Below are positions 25,375 through 37,860 of a stretch of 48,090 bases of DNA, one piece after another (position 1 is the stretch's first letter; each line of letters opens with the position of its first letter). The position numbers and the translations under genes were made by a program. The notes beneath the pieces are model-generated. The model did not search any database. It saw only the letters and a program-made list of their open reading frames with translations, and was not told the origin of the DNA. The DNA is from Octopus sinensis (taxonomy: Eukaryota). The stretch is from contig NW_021834637.1 of the NCBI RefSeq assembly GCF_006345805.1, forward strand, positions 1-48,090. Direction: 5' to 3'.

Positions 25375-26652
25375 AAGCTTTGAGAAGACAGTAGAATTGT
25401 CATGGAGCGCAGCATCTCTTAGACACAAGGTCACTACATCACATCACAAGTTGAAGGCTATGCGTTTGCAATTCAGGATTGCCACAACATACCTGATAAA
25501 CAAGAGAGACAGTGACGATCTTTTAATCCCAAGGTGCAACCGTATGTGTAGGTTATGCCATGTTTCTGTAAAAGACATTACGCATGTGATTAGGAGCTGT
25601 CCTCAAATGTCGTCGCGGTACTACCTCCCTATGCAGCACGATGTTGTCGCTAAAAGAATTTACAAGGCTATCGACAAAAAAGATTGTCTTGAAGTAAACG
25701 TAGAAAATCTCTCTGTTATGGAATAAACATTCATAAACACCAACTCATTGAATAATTGTGGAATATTCCCATCAAAACCTCTGTCAAATGTAAACATAAC
25801 AGGCTGTTGTTTGGGACAGAGAGGCAAAGGTATATGCCATCATAGAGGTCAGCTGCCCTGCAGATATAAATATCTCTTTGAAAATCAAAGGAAAAGAAGA
25901 GGTTATCTATGGATAACTGCTTCGAAACCTTCAGCTTTTATATCCAGACTATGAATTCATATTCATACCAATAATAATTGGAGCACTAGGTTTTGTTAGA
26001 AAATGCTTAAAGGAGAATCTGGATAAACTGGGATCTTCAGAAAGAAATGTCTACCGGCTAATTCCTACATACAAGTGCAATCTGTGAGTGGAACTGTAAA
26101 AATATGCAAAACTCTTCTCAAGTTCCAAATGTGAATTTGTCTATGTTAACTACATCCCAAAGATGGAGCCTTGTATCTTTGTTGGAAACCGGCTCCCTCC
26201 TCAGTGGAAGATTTATAATAATTAAAAAATAAAAGAGACCATACATACAATTCTTACGCTGAACTATTGAGGAATCTGCTCTTACTCTATACCTCTAATT
26301 ATTGGGGCCCTTGGATATGTAACACACTGCCTAGAGAAATTAGGCTTTTCAAAACCAGAAAGGAGAAAGCTAATTCGAAGATTATAGATCCAGTTCATCA
26401 CTGGAACTGTAAAAATCTGTAAAACTGTGCAGAAGTTAAATATATATGAGCATGTCTTAGATATGCAACTATATGCATGAGAAGCATGAGAATACATACA
26501 TAAAGCAAAACAAAAATCTGCACATAGAAATATATACATACAAAAGTACCCTGTTGTTGATGTTGAAATTCCAATCAAGGAGTCTTGGATCTAGGTTAGA
26601 AACCGGTTCTTTCTCTATTGGCAAGAATTCTTGGAATAAAACTGAACAATTA
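25375..26652 (+). repeat. Near-identical tandem duplicate of 23980-25257 (LINE A+B), period 1395 bp
   Basis: The ORF track repeats at +1395 (24002/25397, 24353/25748, 24887/26282); only three substitutions noticed by eye. Confidence 0.95.
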
Positions 26653-26919
26653 CATCCATCCATCCATCCATCCATCCATCCATACATACATACGTAAGTA
26701 AGTACATATATACATACATATGCTTGTGTCGCGTGGCATATTCTACAATTGTACAGGCTAATAAAAAAAAATAGCCAGCCTTAATGATTGCATGGCAGCA
26801 AACTACACGCTATATAACCTTGCCTGATACTAATACTATAAAAGTATAAAATTGATAGTAGTGCACGTGTAAATCCTGTTTTCATGAAATATTATATGTA
26901 TATCAAATAATAAAGGTAG

Positions 26920-27014
26920 CGATGCTTCCTCAAGTAGAAAAGTTTAATTTCTCAAGATTGTTACTAAGAGAGTGTGTCACATATCTCAGGGCCCCAATAA
27001 TTACAGGTATAAAC
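26920..27014 (-). mobile_element. R4/Dong-like LINE fragment C (element B-related)
   Basis: Minus strand tttatacctgtaattattggggccctgagatatgtgacacac...gagaaattaaacttttc = FIPVIIGALRYVTH..LEKLNFS. Confidence 0.75.
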
Positions 27015-27045
27015 CTATGTATGAATGTATGTGCGTATGTATGTA

Positions 27046-27096
<51 letters not shown>

Positions 27097-27097
<1 letters not shown>

Positions 27098-27340
27098 CAT
27101 TTGTTTCTCTTTTAAATTGAGAGTAAATTTCGACCGGCCAACTACTTGGTAGGAAATCTATTTGCTTTGTTCATTATTCTTTAAATCTTTAAATCTTAAG
27201 GTCTTGCTTCTTTTTATAGGCCCGGATACCTTGATCATTTCTAGAATGTGAATTAAGGATTTATGTTCTCTCCCTAAAAATCAAAGTTCAGCCATACTTT
27301 GCTATAGGCGCTTGATATGTATCCTGTTGCACCAATGGAT
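27097..27340 (-). mobile_element. Divergent RLE-LINE 3' fragment D
   Basis: Minus strand attggtgcaacaggatacata = IGATGYI, equivalent to IGALG(F/Y)V; later gtatccgggcctataaaaagaagcaagacc = VSGPIKRSKT, matching (V/I)(S/T)GTVKICKT. Confidence 0.55.
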
Positions 27341-27357
27341 ATGTATGTATGTATTAA

Positions 27358-27938
27358 GGCGGCAAGCTGGCAGAAACGTTAGCACGCCGGGTGAAATGCT
27401 TAGCGGTATTTCGTCTGCCGTTACGTTCTGAGTTCAAATTCTGCCGAGGTCGACTTTGCCTTTCATCCTTTCCGGGTCGATTAAATAAATACCAGTTGCG
27501 CACTGGGGTCGATATAATCGACTTAATCCGTTTGTCTGTCCTTGTTTGTTCTCTCTGTGTTTAGCCCCTTGTGGATAGTAAGAAATAGGTATTTCGTCTG
27601 CTTTTACGTTCTGAGTTCAAATTCCGCCAAGGTTGACTTGCTTTACATCCTTTCGGGGTCGATAAATTAAGTACCAGTTATGCACTGGGGTCGATGCAAT
27701 CGACTTAATCTGTTTTTCTGTCCTTGTTTGTCCCCTCTGTATGTAACCTCTTGTGGGCAGTAAAGAAATAGGTATTTCGTCTGTTTTTACTTTCTGAGTT
27801 AAAATTCCGCCGAGGTCGGCTTTGCCTTTCATCCTTTCGGGGTCGATAAATTAAATACCAGTTGCGTACTGGGGTCTATCTAATTGACTGGCTCCCTTCC
27901 CAAAAAATTTGGGCCTTATGCCTAGAGTAGAAAAGAAT
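27358..27938 (+). mobile_element. SINE family A with three internal 183-bp units
   Basis: ggtatttcgtctg at 27405, 27588 and 27771; head ggcggcaagctggcagaaacgttagc; tail gggccttatgcctagagtagaaaagaat. Confidence 0.92.
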
Positions 27939-29009
27939 ATGTATGTGTGTATGCAAGTATTAATATTAGTATTTCATTGAAACTCAGTGGTTTCAGTCAC
28001 TATGTTTTCAATATAAATAATATGTTGCCTGTCTTATACATTTCTTTGTGAGTAACACTTTAGCGCTTGATGCGGTTGAATTCGTTTCACTTTATGCGAT
28101 TTACTTTCTAAATCATTCGACTCAAGCTGGCGTCGTTCTGTTTAGTTTTTTTTTAGTTGAAAGTACATTCTGCTGTCTTCTTCGTCTCATGCTTGATACG
28201 TAATATGAATAATAGTTTGAAGTTTTCTAAATTATCCAACAGCGTCTCTATTTCTTTGCTGTAACAGTGTCTCTTCATAGGTGCTCTGTTTATTTTTTTT
28301 TAATTTGAAAGTTCATTCTGCTCTCTGCTTTGTGTCATAATGCCTAACTAATCTTTTAATGTTCATAAATTCTGATGATTCGTCGCGCATCGCAACATTT
28401 ATAAGACATTTCTGCATTTTTATTCTAATCCGAGCTTGACGGACTAAACAGTGATAAGAATAAACAAGTATGTGATAAACTTCACCGAATAACTGACTTG
28501 GGACTCCTACTCCAACACTTGTCTTCAGATAACACCTCACAATAAAAATGCTTCACGTTGTGATTTAACAGAGCAAAAAACAGAAATTATTTGAAATTAC
28601 AGATTGAAATTTAAGAACACCTAGGTATGCTAATATCTCCTCATTTCCTTATAAGAATTAGTGTTCTTCGAGAAATTTTCTGGTGAATATAAATACTAAG
28701 GCTCGTGATGTACATGTGCATCCTTTACGGGGAATCTGTCAAATACGTCGTACACGAACAGCCTTTTTCTTAAACTCAATCTGCTGTCCCTCGACAACCT
28801 TCTGAAAATGTATGTAACCTGTTTGCGAGATTATGTTCCCATATGTAAATATGCATATATGTTGGTAGTTTCGACTATACATACATGTACAAGCAACATT
28901 TTTGGCATGATAAAAAGCATTTACGAAGCAATGTCGTACTTAACAAAAGTTATGAAATCCGTGTAATATTTAGTGAGTGACAAAATACGAAATTGGTGAT
29001 ATGTTGTCA

Positions 29010-29455
29010 ACTTAATGTGCCAGTCCCATGAAAGGGAAGAATACTACTGCTATTTAGCCCTAGGAAGCACCGCTTACTGTCGGCCTTGACACATTTCCTG
29101 TGTCCTTATATTTACATAGGTAATGGGTAGCGATTTCCTGTACTACTACAGGGAGTGACGATCCTGCCTGACACGAGTCCCAGGCTCAGCTGGCTCCGGC
29201 TGACAGTACCCGGTATGGGCCCCTATCCATGGTTACGGAAAGGAGACAACCTTCAAAGAAATCCGTAGTGGAACCCCGTAGGCGGTTTAGTGTTCGACTC
29301 GACACTCTTCCGGCAGCTCCAGCAACCAAACTGGTGCCAAACGTAATGCTCTGCACTCCTTTGGACTACGTCAGCAAGGTCGAGAGAAGAATCCTGACGA
29401 TTGTGCTACCCAGGATTTTCTTACATCTAGCCCAGGCCTGCGCAATTGGTAAGAA
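29010..29455 (+). mobile_element. Probable RTE-clade LINE 5' UTR fragment
   Basis: GC-rich island; aaatccgtagtggaaccc...ttccggcagctccagcaaccaaactggtgccaaacgta...cctttggac...cccaggcctgcgc resembles RTE-type 5' regions from recollection. No downstream ORF. Confidence 0.45.
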
Positions 29456-29819
29456 TTAAATTGGTAAGGTGTTTTCTGAAAGATACGTATAGCTTTCGCT
29501 AGTGGAAGAAAAACTCTTATTTAAAGGTTGATTCTTTGAGACGAATCATATGTGATGGTTTAAAAAATGCTAGAACGACAATGCTAAAGCGTATTTGAAA
29601 CAATAGACAACAGTCGAAATATCATAATGTTTGGGTAAATAAGCATCCTTAAAGTGAAACAATGCATTCGTAGGTAAACAAAGGTATCAAAAAATAGAAG
29701 AGAGGGAAGCGAATATCACCTTTGAAGTAACTCAGGATAGGTAAAAGTAAGCTTTCCAAAGTTTAATGCAATTTAAATATGGAGATTAAGATTGGTTGGT
29801 ATAGGGTATTCTTCGCGTA

Positions 29820-30331
29820 CAGTGTTCCTAGTCAATTTAATCAGCGTCGCAGGTGTACAGTCGAAATAAATAGAGAAGACCCTTTCACTTTTATAAAAAG
29901 ATTAAAGAAGTATGGAAGACCCTAAGACAAAAAACAAAAGACTATGTCCATTTACATCCATTTAAGCGGGAGCTCTGGACAAAATGTTACAGTGCAAGTA
30001 ATGTGTGAGTAAAGTTTGATGAAAATCCGTTGAGAATTGTGGAAATGTATGTGTTCAGTCTTCCTAATCAATTCAATCACCGTCGCAGGTAAACAGTCGA
30101 AATTAATAAATAGAAAAACAATCCTTTCGCTTTTATAAAAAGATTAAAAGAGTATGGAAGACCCTACATACAAAAATCTCTATACATTTACGTGGGAACT
30201 CTGTTATAGTGAATGACAAGCTTTAGTACTTAAATGATGTGCGTGTAAAGTTAGGTGAAAATCGCTTAAGAATTGTGGAAATGTATGCGTTCGTCATTAT
30301 ACAAACACACTGTGATTTGTATATACTAGAT
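29820..30331 (+). mobile_element. Probable non-autonomous Helitron/Helentron with internal 236-bp tandem duplication
   Basis: Units start at 29820 and 30056; each has gtaaagtt.g.tgaaaatc...agaattgtggaaatgtatg; ends acaaacacac...tttgtatataCTAGat. Confidence 0.6.
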
Positions 30332-30341
30332 AATATAATTA

Positions 30342-30480
30342 GGTGGTGAGCTGGCAAAAATGTTAGCACGCAAAAGAACTGTTTGTCATTCACCCTTTTC
30401 TGATGGATAAAATCAAGTACCAGTTGAGTACAGAGATTAGCGTAATTGATGTAACCTTTCCTTTTGTCAAATTTGAGACT
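30342..30480 (+). mobile_element. SINE family A, internally deleted
   Basis: ggtggtgagctggcaaaaatgttagcacg...gataaaatcaagtaccagttgag. Confidence 0.65.
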
Positions 30481-30495
30481 ATTATATTATATTAT

Positions 30496-30813
30496 GTGGA
30501 GGCACATGGCCTAGTGGTTAGAGCAGCGGACTCGCGGTCGAGGGTTCGCGGGTTCGAATCTCAGACCGGGCGATGTGTGTGTTTATGAGCGAAACACCTA
30601 AGCTCCACGCGGCTCCGGCAGAAGGTAATGGCGAACCTCTGCTGACTCTTTCACCACAACTTTCTCTCACTCTTTCCTCCCGCGTCTTGCAGCTCACCTG
30701 CGACGGACCGGCGTCCCGTTCAGGTGGGGAGCCTATACGACAAGGAAAACCGGGAAACCGGCCCTTATAAGCCAGGCATGGCTTGAGAAGGAACAAACAC
30801 CAACATCAACAAC
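30496..30813 (+). mobile_element. Young CpG-rich tRNA-derived SINE with (AAC) tail
   Basis: Box A tggcctagtgg and box B ggttcgaatct; no acceptor stem; tail aacaaacaccaacatcaacaac; candidate TSD atattatatt at 30484-30493 / 30814-30823. Confidence 0.88.
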
Positions 30814-30874
30814 ATATTATATTTTTCACATTCTTACTGAAATTAATGTGCTAAATTAACCTCTATAATAAAAC

Positions 30875-31050
30875 TGGTTTCAAGTTATGAGTCAGAGCCA
30901 GCAATTTCGGGGAAGGGCGAAATCGACTACATTAACCCCCAGTACTTGGTTGGTATTATTTTATCGACCCCGAAAGAATAAAACTCAAGGTCGACCTTGA
31001 TGGAATTTGAACTCAGAACGTAATTTTGTCCGGTGTGCTAACAGTTCTCT
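30875..31050 (-). mobile_element. SINE family A fragment
   Basis: ttatcgaccccgaaag...gtcgaccttgatggaatttgaactcagaacgtaa...gtgctaac. Confidence 0.8.
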
Positions 31051-31332
31051 CCTTATGTTGAGTCATAATAAAAAAGAAATTACATTCAAGTGAATAAATA
31101 TTGGACGTTTCTTTCTGGAGCACATATTAGCAATGCTTATACAAGAAGAGCGGTGACAGGGACTTCGAAATTTCAGACTGGCTTCCTGCGTCAGACAGTC
31201 CGATGAAGTCTAGCACGACTGAACTTCGAAGTCACAATCACAATTCTTCCTGCAAATATATAACAAGCACACACAAACGCACACAGATTATTACACATGC
31301 GTGTGTGTGCGTGTGTGTGTGCGTGTGTGTGT

Positions 31333-31394
<62 letters not shown>

Positions 31395-32680
31395 TACGCA
31401 TTATGATTCTTCATATTCAAATCAGCTGGAGAATCGCACATAGCAGGAATGCTTTGTATTAACCTATTGCGAAAGAATATACAAACTAGACGCCATCTTT
31501 TTTTTACCCTTTCTACATCGAAACGATTACATACATTGATACATATACACGTGCATACATATAAACGCACACACAAACACACACACACACACACACACAG
31601 ATATATATTATATATATATATATATATGCACATATATGTGTCTGTGTGTACGCGTGCGTGTGTCTATGTCTACACACACACACACACATACACACACATA
31701 TGATGATGTTTTATTTCCTTATTTCGTTTTTATATTTCGATATACACACATTTAAGACTGCTGGATATTTCTTTTATCACCTGTCGAATGGTCTGCAGAT
31801 GACAAGTTTCGGTATCTTCCGACACCCTCTGCCACCCTCCGGCACTACCACACCCTCTAGCTATTCCGAGCCGTATTAACGCTTCCATAACAGGAAAGTT
31901 ACGCATTTAGACGACATGTCTGTTTGATATTGTAGATGTGTTTTATATATCTAACAGCCGTCAATTTTATTATAAAATCAATAGCAGATATATCACTGAT
32001 TGGGCCTACTCGAAGCCTATTTATTTTATTTATTATATATTTATTCACCTATCTTTTGTTCTTTATTTTTACCCGTATACATGAGATCTAATGATGTTAT
32101 CAGCTTGTTTAAATTATCCGTTTATAACGCTCTTTTTTTATATTTCATGTTACCTCCAGCTCTGTCGGTAATACAATATTCAACGCCGGGAATCGGAAAA
32201 GTTCGTAACATAAAAACATACCGTAGCCCTGTCATGATTAATCTACTAATCCAAAGACCACAAAAAAAAAAAAAACACCAATGGCTTTTTATTATTACTA
32301 TTTACTGTTTGTTTTTAGTTTTATTTTCACCCCTCTGTCATTTATTCCCTCTGTGCAAAGACGGCCTTTTTCGACTGATCATCTTGTGATCTGTAGCAAA
32401 CATAACGAAACGATAATGCAAATGATGAAAGTTTACACTCTCTCGCTCTTCTCAATCACATCAACTGAAGCATGCTCACATTGCGGCTCGCTTTTGTTGT
32501 TGTTGTTGTTTTTTTTTGTATCTTGAATCAAGAAATTTTACGTGGCATTTAAAAGCTCTTCATACAACACACTCGCACACTCTATACACATATACATACA
32601 TTCATTGATGCATACATACATATGTATACACACATACATATATACACAGTCATATATATATGTGTGTGTGTGTGTATGTG

Positions 32681-32718
<38 letters not shown>

Positions 32719-32798
32719 TTAATCATGTTAATGGTATATACACGGTTTCGACCTTAACTACCATGCAGAGCTGGTGATTATTTTTCATTGTAGCATTA

Positions 32799-32995
32799 AG
32801 GCGGCTAGCGGGCAGAGCCGTTAGTAGCATTTCGTCCAATCTTTATGTCCTGAGTTCAAATTCCACTGAAGTCGACTTTGTTCTTCATATTTTCGAGGGT
32901 CGATAAAATAAGTACCAATTATACACTGAGGTTGATGTAATCGACTTAACCGCCTCCCCACAAATTGCTTGTCTTGTCCCAAAATTTCAAATTAT
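32799..32995 (+). mobile_element. SINE family A, monomeric
   Basis: ggcggctagcgggcagagccgttag...gagttcaaattccactgaagtcgactttg...ggtcgataaaataagtacca. Confidence 0.8.
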
Positions 32996-34374
32996 TTTAA
33001 GTTCAGCATGAGACTTGGGGATACTGATTTCATTGTAACACGCTCAATGAAATTCGATCTATCATTTGACCCTTCTCTTAAATCTGAGCCAACTGCAGTT
33101 TGCTGGTGTAATATTTGCTATTAACAATAAGAGTAATTAATTATTAACGACGCAGGATAGATTGCTTTGCGGTAATCGTTCCGGCTGTCGACGCTGTAAT
33201 TTCAAATCACGCCGTCATCGATTTGTTCTCACCATTTTTGGGATGGGTTCAGGTTGTTGGGTCGATAACTAAAGTATCACTCCTGTACATACGATAACTT
33301 TATCTCCTCCCTTTTCCGTCCGTATAAAGTCCTGGAATACATCAAGTGTAGTTGGACCAAGTGTTAGTTGGTCCAGCAGAAAATACTCAAGGCTCAACGT
33401 ATGCGAGAACGGCATCTCTGTGACTCCACCTAAAACTGATGGCTATCAGCCATGGTAAGAGAGAACAAGGCAAAGCTAAGCAAAGCAACTAGTTACATCC
33501 AACTAGCTTAGCAAGAATGATAAACAGTACAAACGAAACAAAGACGAGTCAGTTACTTGGATATACGTGTGTTCTGGTTTCAAATTCGATTTATACTTCC
33601 ATCTTAGATAAATTAAAATTGCCGTCCACAAAATTAATAAGATGTGATCCATTATAACCACAATCAAACCTGTGTTACCTCGTGCTTATATTTTTTGGAT
33701 TTATCACCAGATGTCACTTCTCTCAGTACTACGAGGATCAAAAATCTTCCAATTGTGACCATAACGCTTTATTTACATATTTTTAATGCGAAAGATAACA
33801 ATGTTGAATGTGTCCTTCTGTATTTAATGCAGTGATGCAGTGTCTATTATTTTGTCTCTGAAAGATTTAACTATTATTATTATCATTGAATTATTATTTC
33901 TGGTTGTAACATGTCGCTAGACACGTAGAAAAACCCTCGTTGTTTCATGTACTTAAATTAGAGAAGGGAGGTAAGCAGCAAAAATCATGAGAGCGTTGGC
34001 CAAAATACTTTGTGCCACTCAGTTACGTCCCTTCGCTTTGAAAATCTTGGGTTGGGTTGGATAACATAAAACATCAATGTTGGGCCGGCGGGATTTAAGT
34101 GTCTTTGCTCATCTTTCTAAACTAAAGCCTTGTATTGGTGATGGGTATCAACATTATGTGGCTGAGTTAGTAGAGCGCCGGACACAGTGACTTTGTCGTA
34201 TTTAACTTTGTGTAAGTTATGATTTGCGTTCAAACTCCACTTTGGACAATTTTGAATTACGTTCTTTCATGGTTATTCAAATAAATAACAAATAAGCATT
34301 AAGGATGAATGGTTAGTGGCATTGCTTCATGCAATTTACGCAGTTCAATTCTTACCGAGGTCAGCATAAATCCA

Positions 34375-34508
34375 GGTGAAAAAGTTACAGGTACAAAAGT
34401 CACAGAGGTTTGTCCAGGGTGGGATTTGTCCGAGGGGTTTTTGTCCTAAGGGGGTTATGTCTTGATCCTATAAATTAATCGTGAAATTTTTTCCTGTGAT
34501 TTTTTTCC
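34375..34508. mobile_element. Small MITE-like element with internal ggg.ttt.gtcc repeats
   Basis: ggtgaaaaagttacaggtacaaaagtcac versus gtgaaattttttcctgtgattttttcc (imperfect inverted repeats); lies between two family A SINE pieces (34310-34363, 34540-34620). Confidence 0.5.
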
Positions 34509-35067
34509 TAGCCAAAATTGTGTCTTTATTACCGGTCACCTTCAACATTGCCCATCATCTGTTCGTGTCGATAAAATAAATACCAGCTGAGCACTGAGGT
34601 CGATCAAATCGACTTTCCACCCACCTCTCAGAAGAAGTGGACTTGTTTTCTGTAACGTTTATTACTCGGGACCGTAGACACCATACCATACACTCATTCA
34701 GTGGTTTTAACTAAAACGTTATCTAGACACGATTTCCATGGGTCGATTTGCTTTGCCCAAGACTTCATTGACATTCAACATATTTATGTAACAGATATTT
34801 GTTAGATATGTTTTAACTGCCAGAGATGTTTTGCGATTTCTTACATTCTACACTTGTAGCGACTCAACTTATAACACAAACTCGGAGTACCTCTAAGAGG
34901 TTATTTCATTTGCCCCTAAACACTAAAAAGCCAATTTGCATTTTTTCCCCTGCGCATCTTTGCGGTTACAATGTTTTGATTTGCATTTAATTCTCTCTCC
35001 TCAGCGGAGAACTAGAGTACAAACGAAATGAAATCCTGCGCAATATGTGTGTGTGTGTGTGTGTGTG

Positions 35068-35470
35068 TTTGTTTGTTGTTGTTGTTGTTTAAATGGAGTA
35101 CTGAACTGCAAGGTTTGCCTTGGAGTTAGTGCGAAGGTATCACTTTTCTGTCTGAGATTGTGTTATAGCACTTGGAGTGATCTTTCCTTTTCTTATTCTC
35201 TTATGGGAAGAAGGGTATCAGATCTTTGCTCTGGGGAACACAGTCAATGTCTACCGTTCCGCTAGACTATGTGGTCAAGGGTGTTCATTAAGTTTTTTTT
35301 ACGGCAGTCTGGACATAGACTAGATGCAAGTTAGTTTTCTTGACGGAATCTCTTTCTGGCGCCGTATCTGCTATTCCCAACACCACTCACGCCAACAGCG
35401 ATCGGCAAAATATTTATCTCCAGTCGAACATCACTTTTATGTTGCATTCGTCAAGGTGATAACTGAGAGT
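35068..35470 (-). mobile_element. Possible LINE 3' end (RTEX/I-like zinc knuckle) with (AAC)n tail
   Basis: Minus strand SSLCPDCRKK...TLDHIV, ending in aacaacaacaac; heavily decayed. Confidence 0.35.
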
Positions 35471-36059
35471 GATTTCTTCCTTTTACACAGGACAGAGGTA
35501 AGTTTCATTGTTTGTGATGCCTAATAGAATCTCACCTCGACCGTCTCATCCTCTGAAAGAAGTATATGTCAGATTCATCTCAGACAATTTTATCACAAAG
35601 TTAAAGCTTCTGCTGGTACTGTCTCATAATTTTGCGAATGAATGACGAGGTCTCATTTGCAATATTCTTTGTAAACCAACTGAGAAAACTTTGCCTTCAA
35701 GCTTCTTCTTCCTCCTCCTCTACCTCTCACTGTTAGCCTTCTCTTAATCCCATCGCTTCCTCGTCCGGTGGATTTGGTTTTTTTTCGACGCCATATTTTT
35801 TACGTAACTTCCTCATATATAACTTTCCAAAAATAAAATTTGTAACAAATTTTACAACTCGCAGAAGGAGGCACAGGTAACACTATCTCTTTCGGCTCGG
35901 CTGCACCTGGCGGTTTTACAATAAAAATCTGAACAGCAACGAAGTCAAATGAATCAAATCAATAATCGGTTAATGCAGCAACAATCCTTAACGATATAAA
36001 AACATAAAGACGAGGGAGAGTCAAAACGCTACGAAAATAATGATAATTCTTTCAAATTT

Positions 36060-36300
36060 TATCACGAGCTATTTTGAGAGGAGGGGAAGTCCACTACATC
36101 GGCCCCAGCACTTGACTGGTACTCATCGACCTTGAGACGATGAATCGTGAAGTAGGCTCGGCAAGATTTGAACAGGAAAATTGAAGATCCGGAAGAAATG
36201 CTGCGAAGCATTCTGTCCGATGTTATAACGTAGGGAAACCATTTTGAACATAGTTTCTTTAGAGTTTGTTTTTTTCACAAGATTATAATTCTGCCATCTT
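36060..36300 (-). mobile_element. SINE family A, old copy
   Basis: ccccagcacttgactggtact...ggcaagatttgaac...aagcattctgtccg...ttctgcca. Confidence 0.6.
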
Positions 36301-36309
36301 AAAGCCACA

Positions 36310-36461
36310 ATAATAATAATGATGATGATGATGACGACGACAACGACGACGACCGACGTCTATGTTGGTGGTAGTTATGACAACAGCAACAAAAGAAGCA
36401 ACATAAATATCATGGAACAAGAAACAACAACAAAAACAGCAACAGTAGCAACAACAAAACC

Positions 36462-36507
<46 letters not shown>

Positions 36508-36561
36508 TTCGTGATAATGATAATAATGGTATTTATATCGACAATAATAATAATAATAATA

Positions 36562-36603
<42 letters not shown>

Positions 36604-36802
36604 TAATATTAATAATAATAATAATAACTGTTATGCTTATTCGTATTTCACTGGTTGGTGGTTATGGTGATGTTACGGTTGATGGTATGGCGGTTTGTTG
36701 TTATTAACGCATGATAGAAGTTCGTTGGCACAACTTGATACTCAGCTTCGCATGTGGTAGAACAAGTGACAAACGAAAGAGAGAAAATAAGAAGAGAGAA
36801 TC

Positions 36803-36862
<60 letters not shown>

Positions 36863-36933
36863 GTAATAATAATAATAATAATAACAACAACAACAATAAT
36901 AATTATAATTATAATTATTACAATAATAATAAT
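36310..36933. repeat. (GAT)/(AAC)/(AAT)n trinucleotide repeats
   Basis: Direct reading. Confidence 0.9.
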
Positions 36934-37860
36934 GTTTTCTTTATTAACCAGAAAAACATTGTGGACGGTACAGGGTTATACAACGTGGGATTGCATAAAA
37001 GGAGTGTAAAAAAAACAAAAAAACAATAAGCTAGTACAATATAAAAAAAGTTATAATACTGAATAATTCCCGAAAAGAGGGAGACCTATTCGGGCTGCTC
37101 GTTGAGACCCCACAAACCACTGTGACCATGAGCACTAGGACCAGTGCCCTCTCCACAACATCCTCTTTCAACATACAGGCGCATGCTTAAAGTTCGGATC
37201 ATTCTCGCGACATTCACCCGCCTTCCAACAAAATTATCTCTCTACTCCCACTTTCGTTTTCAAGTAGAGCTTTAAAAGGTTGATGGCTGCTTGTCCAAAG
37301 AGAAAAGTATCTTTCCTCAGCACTTTCAATCTGGTCCGCCACACAAGCTCTTTCACGAAGGTCACCAGACAAGAAAACACTACCTGCTCTTCCTGGAAAC
37401 AGGCGGCGGGACGATCTTCACAATGGATATAACTGATTACCGGATCCGCCCTACATGTGACAGCAAGAGTTTGATATTAACCCAGAAGTCAGCAATGCTC
37501 GGGTACTGCAGAGCATGCAGAAGTACTTCGTCGATTTGCCTATAGTGTTTATCCCGAAGTGGAAATGAACTATCAGCCCAAACATTTCTGGAAATTATCC
37601 ATAGGACCCGTCCTGAAAGTCCTTCGGAACAGACCAGACAGTTGATTCTTATCGAATTTCAGAGTCTTCCTGAGAACGTCATTATGCTTGCCCTCCACAA
37701 ACACTCTATAGAGCTCTAAGGTGGAACTTCCACCGACCGCATTGCCCGACTGACAGCGGATTGTGAGCCCCTTAGCTCAAATGTACCAAAGCATCTCCCA
37801 CGGGTGACATAAATTTATAAACCCCAGACTGGTCTCAGGCATTTTTCAATCGTTTCAGTT
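36934..37860 (-). mobile_element. Decayed L1/Tx1-clade LINE 3' end
   Basis: Minus strand RQIDEVLLHALQYPSIADFW... and FSCLVTFVKELVWRTRLKVL...LYLKTKVGVER resemble the Tx1 ORF2 C-terminus; ends aataaagaaaac into (ATT)n. Confidence 0.65.

Noticed and set aside
30496-30575. tRNA gene
   Set aside because: Boxes A and B are present, but there is no acceptor stem and it continues into a SINE body and tail.
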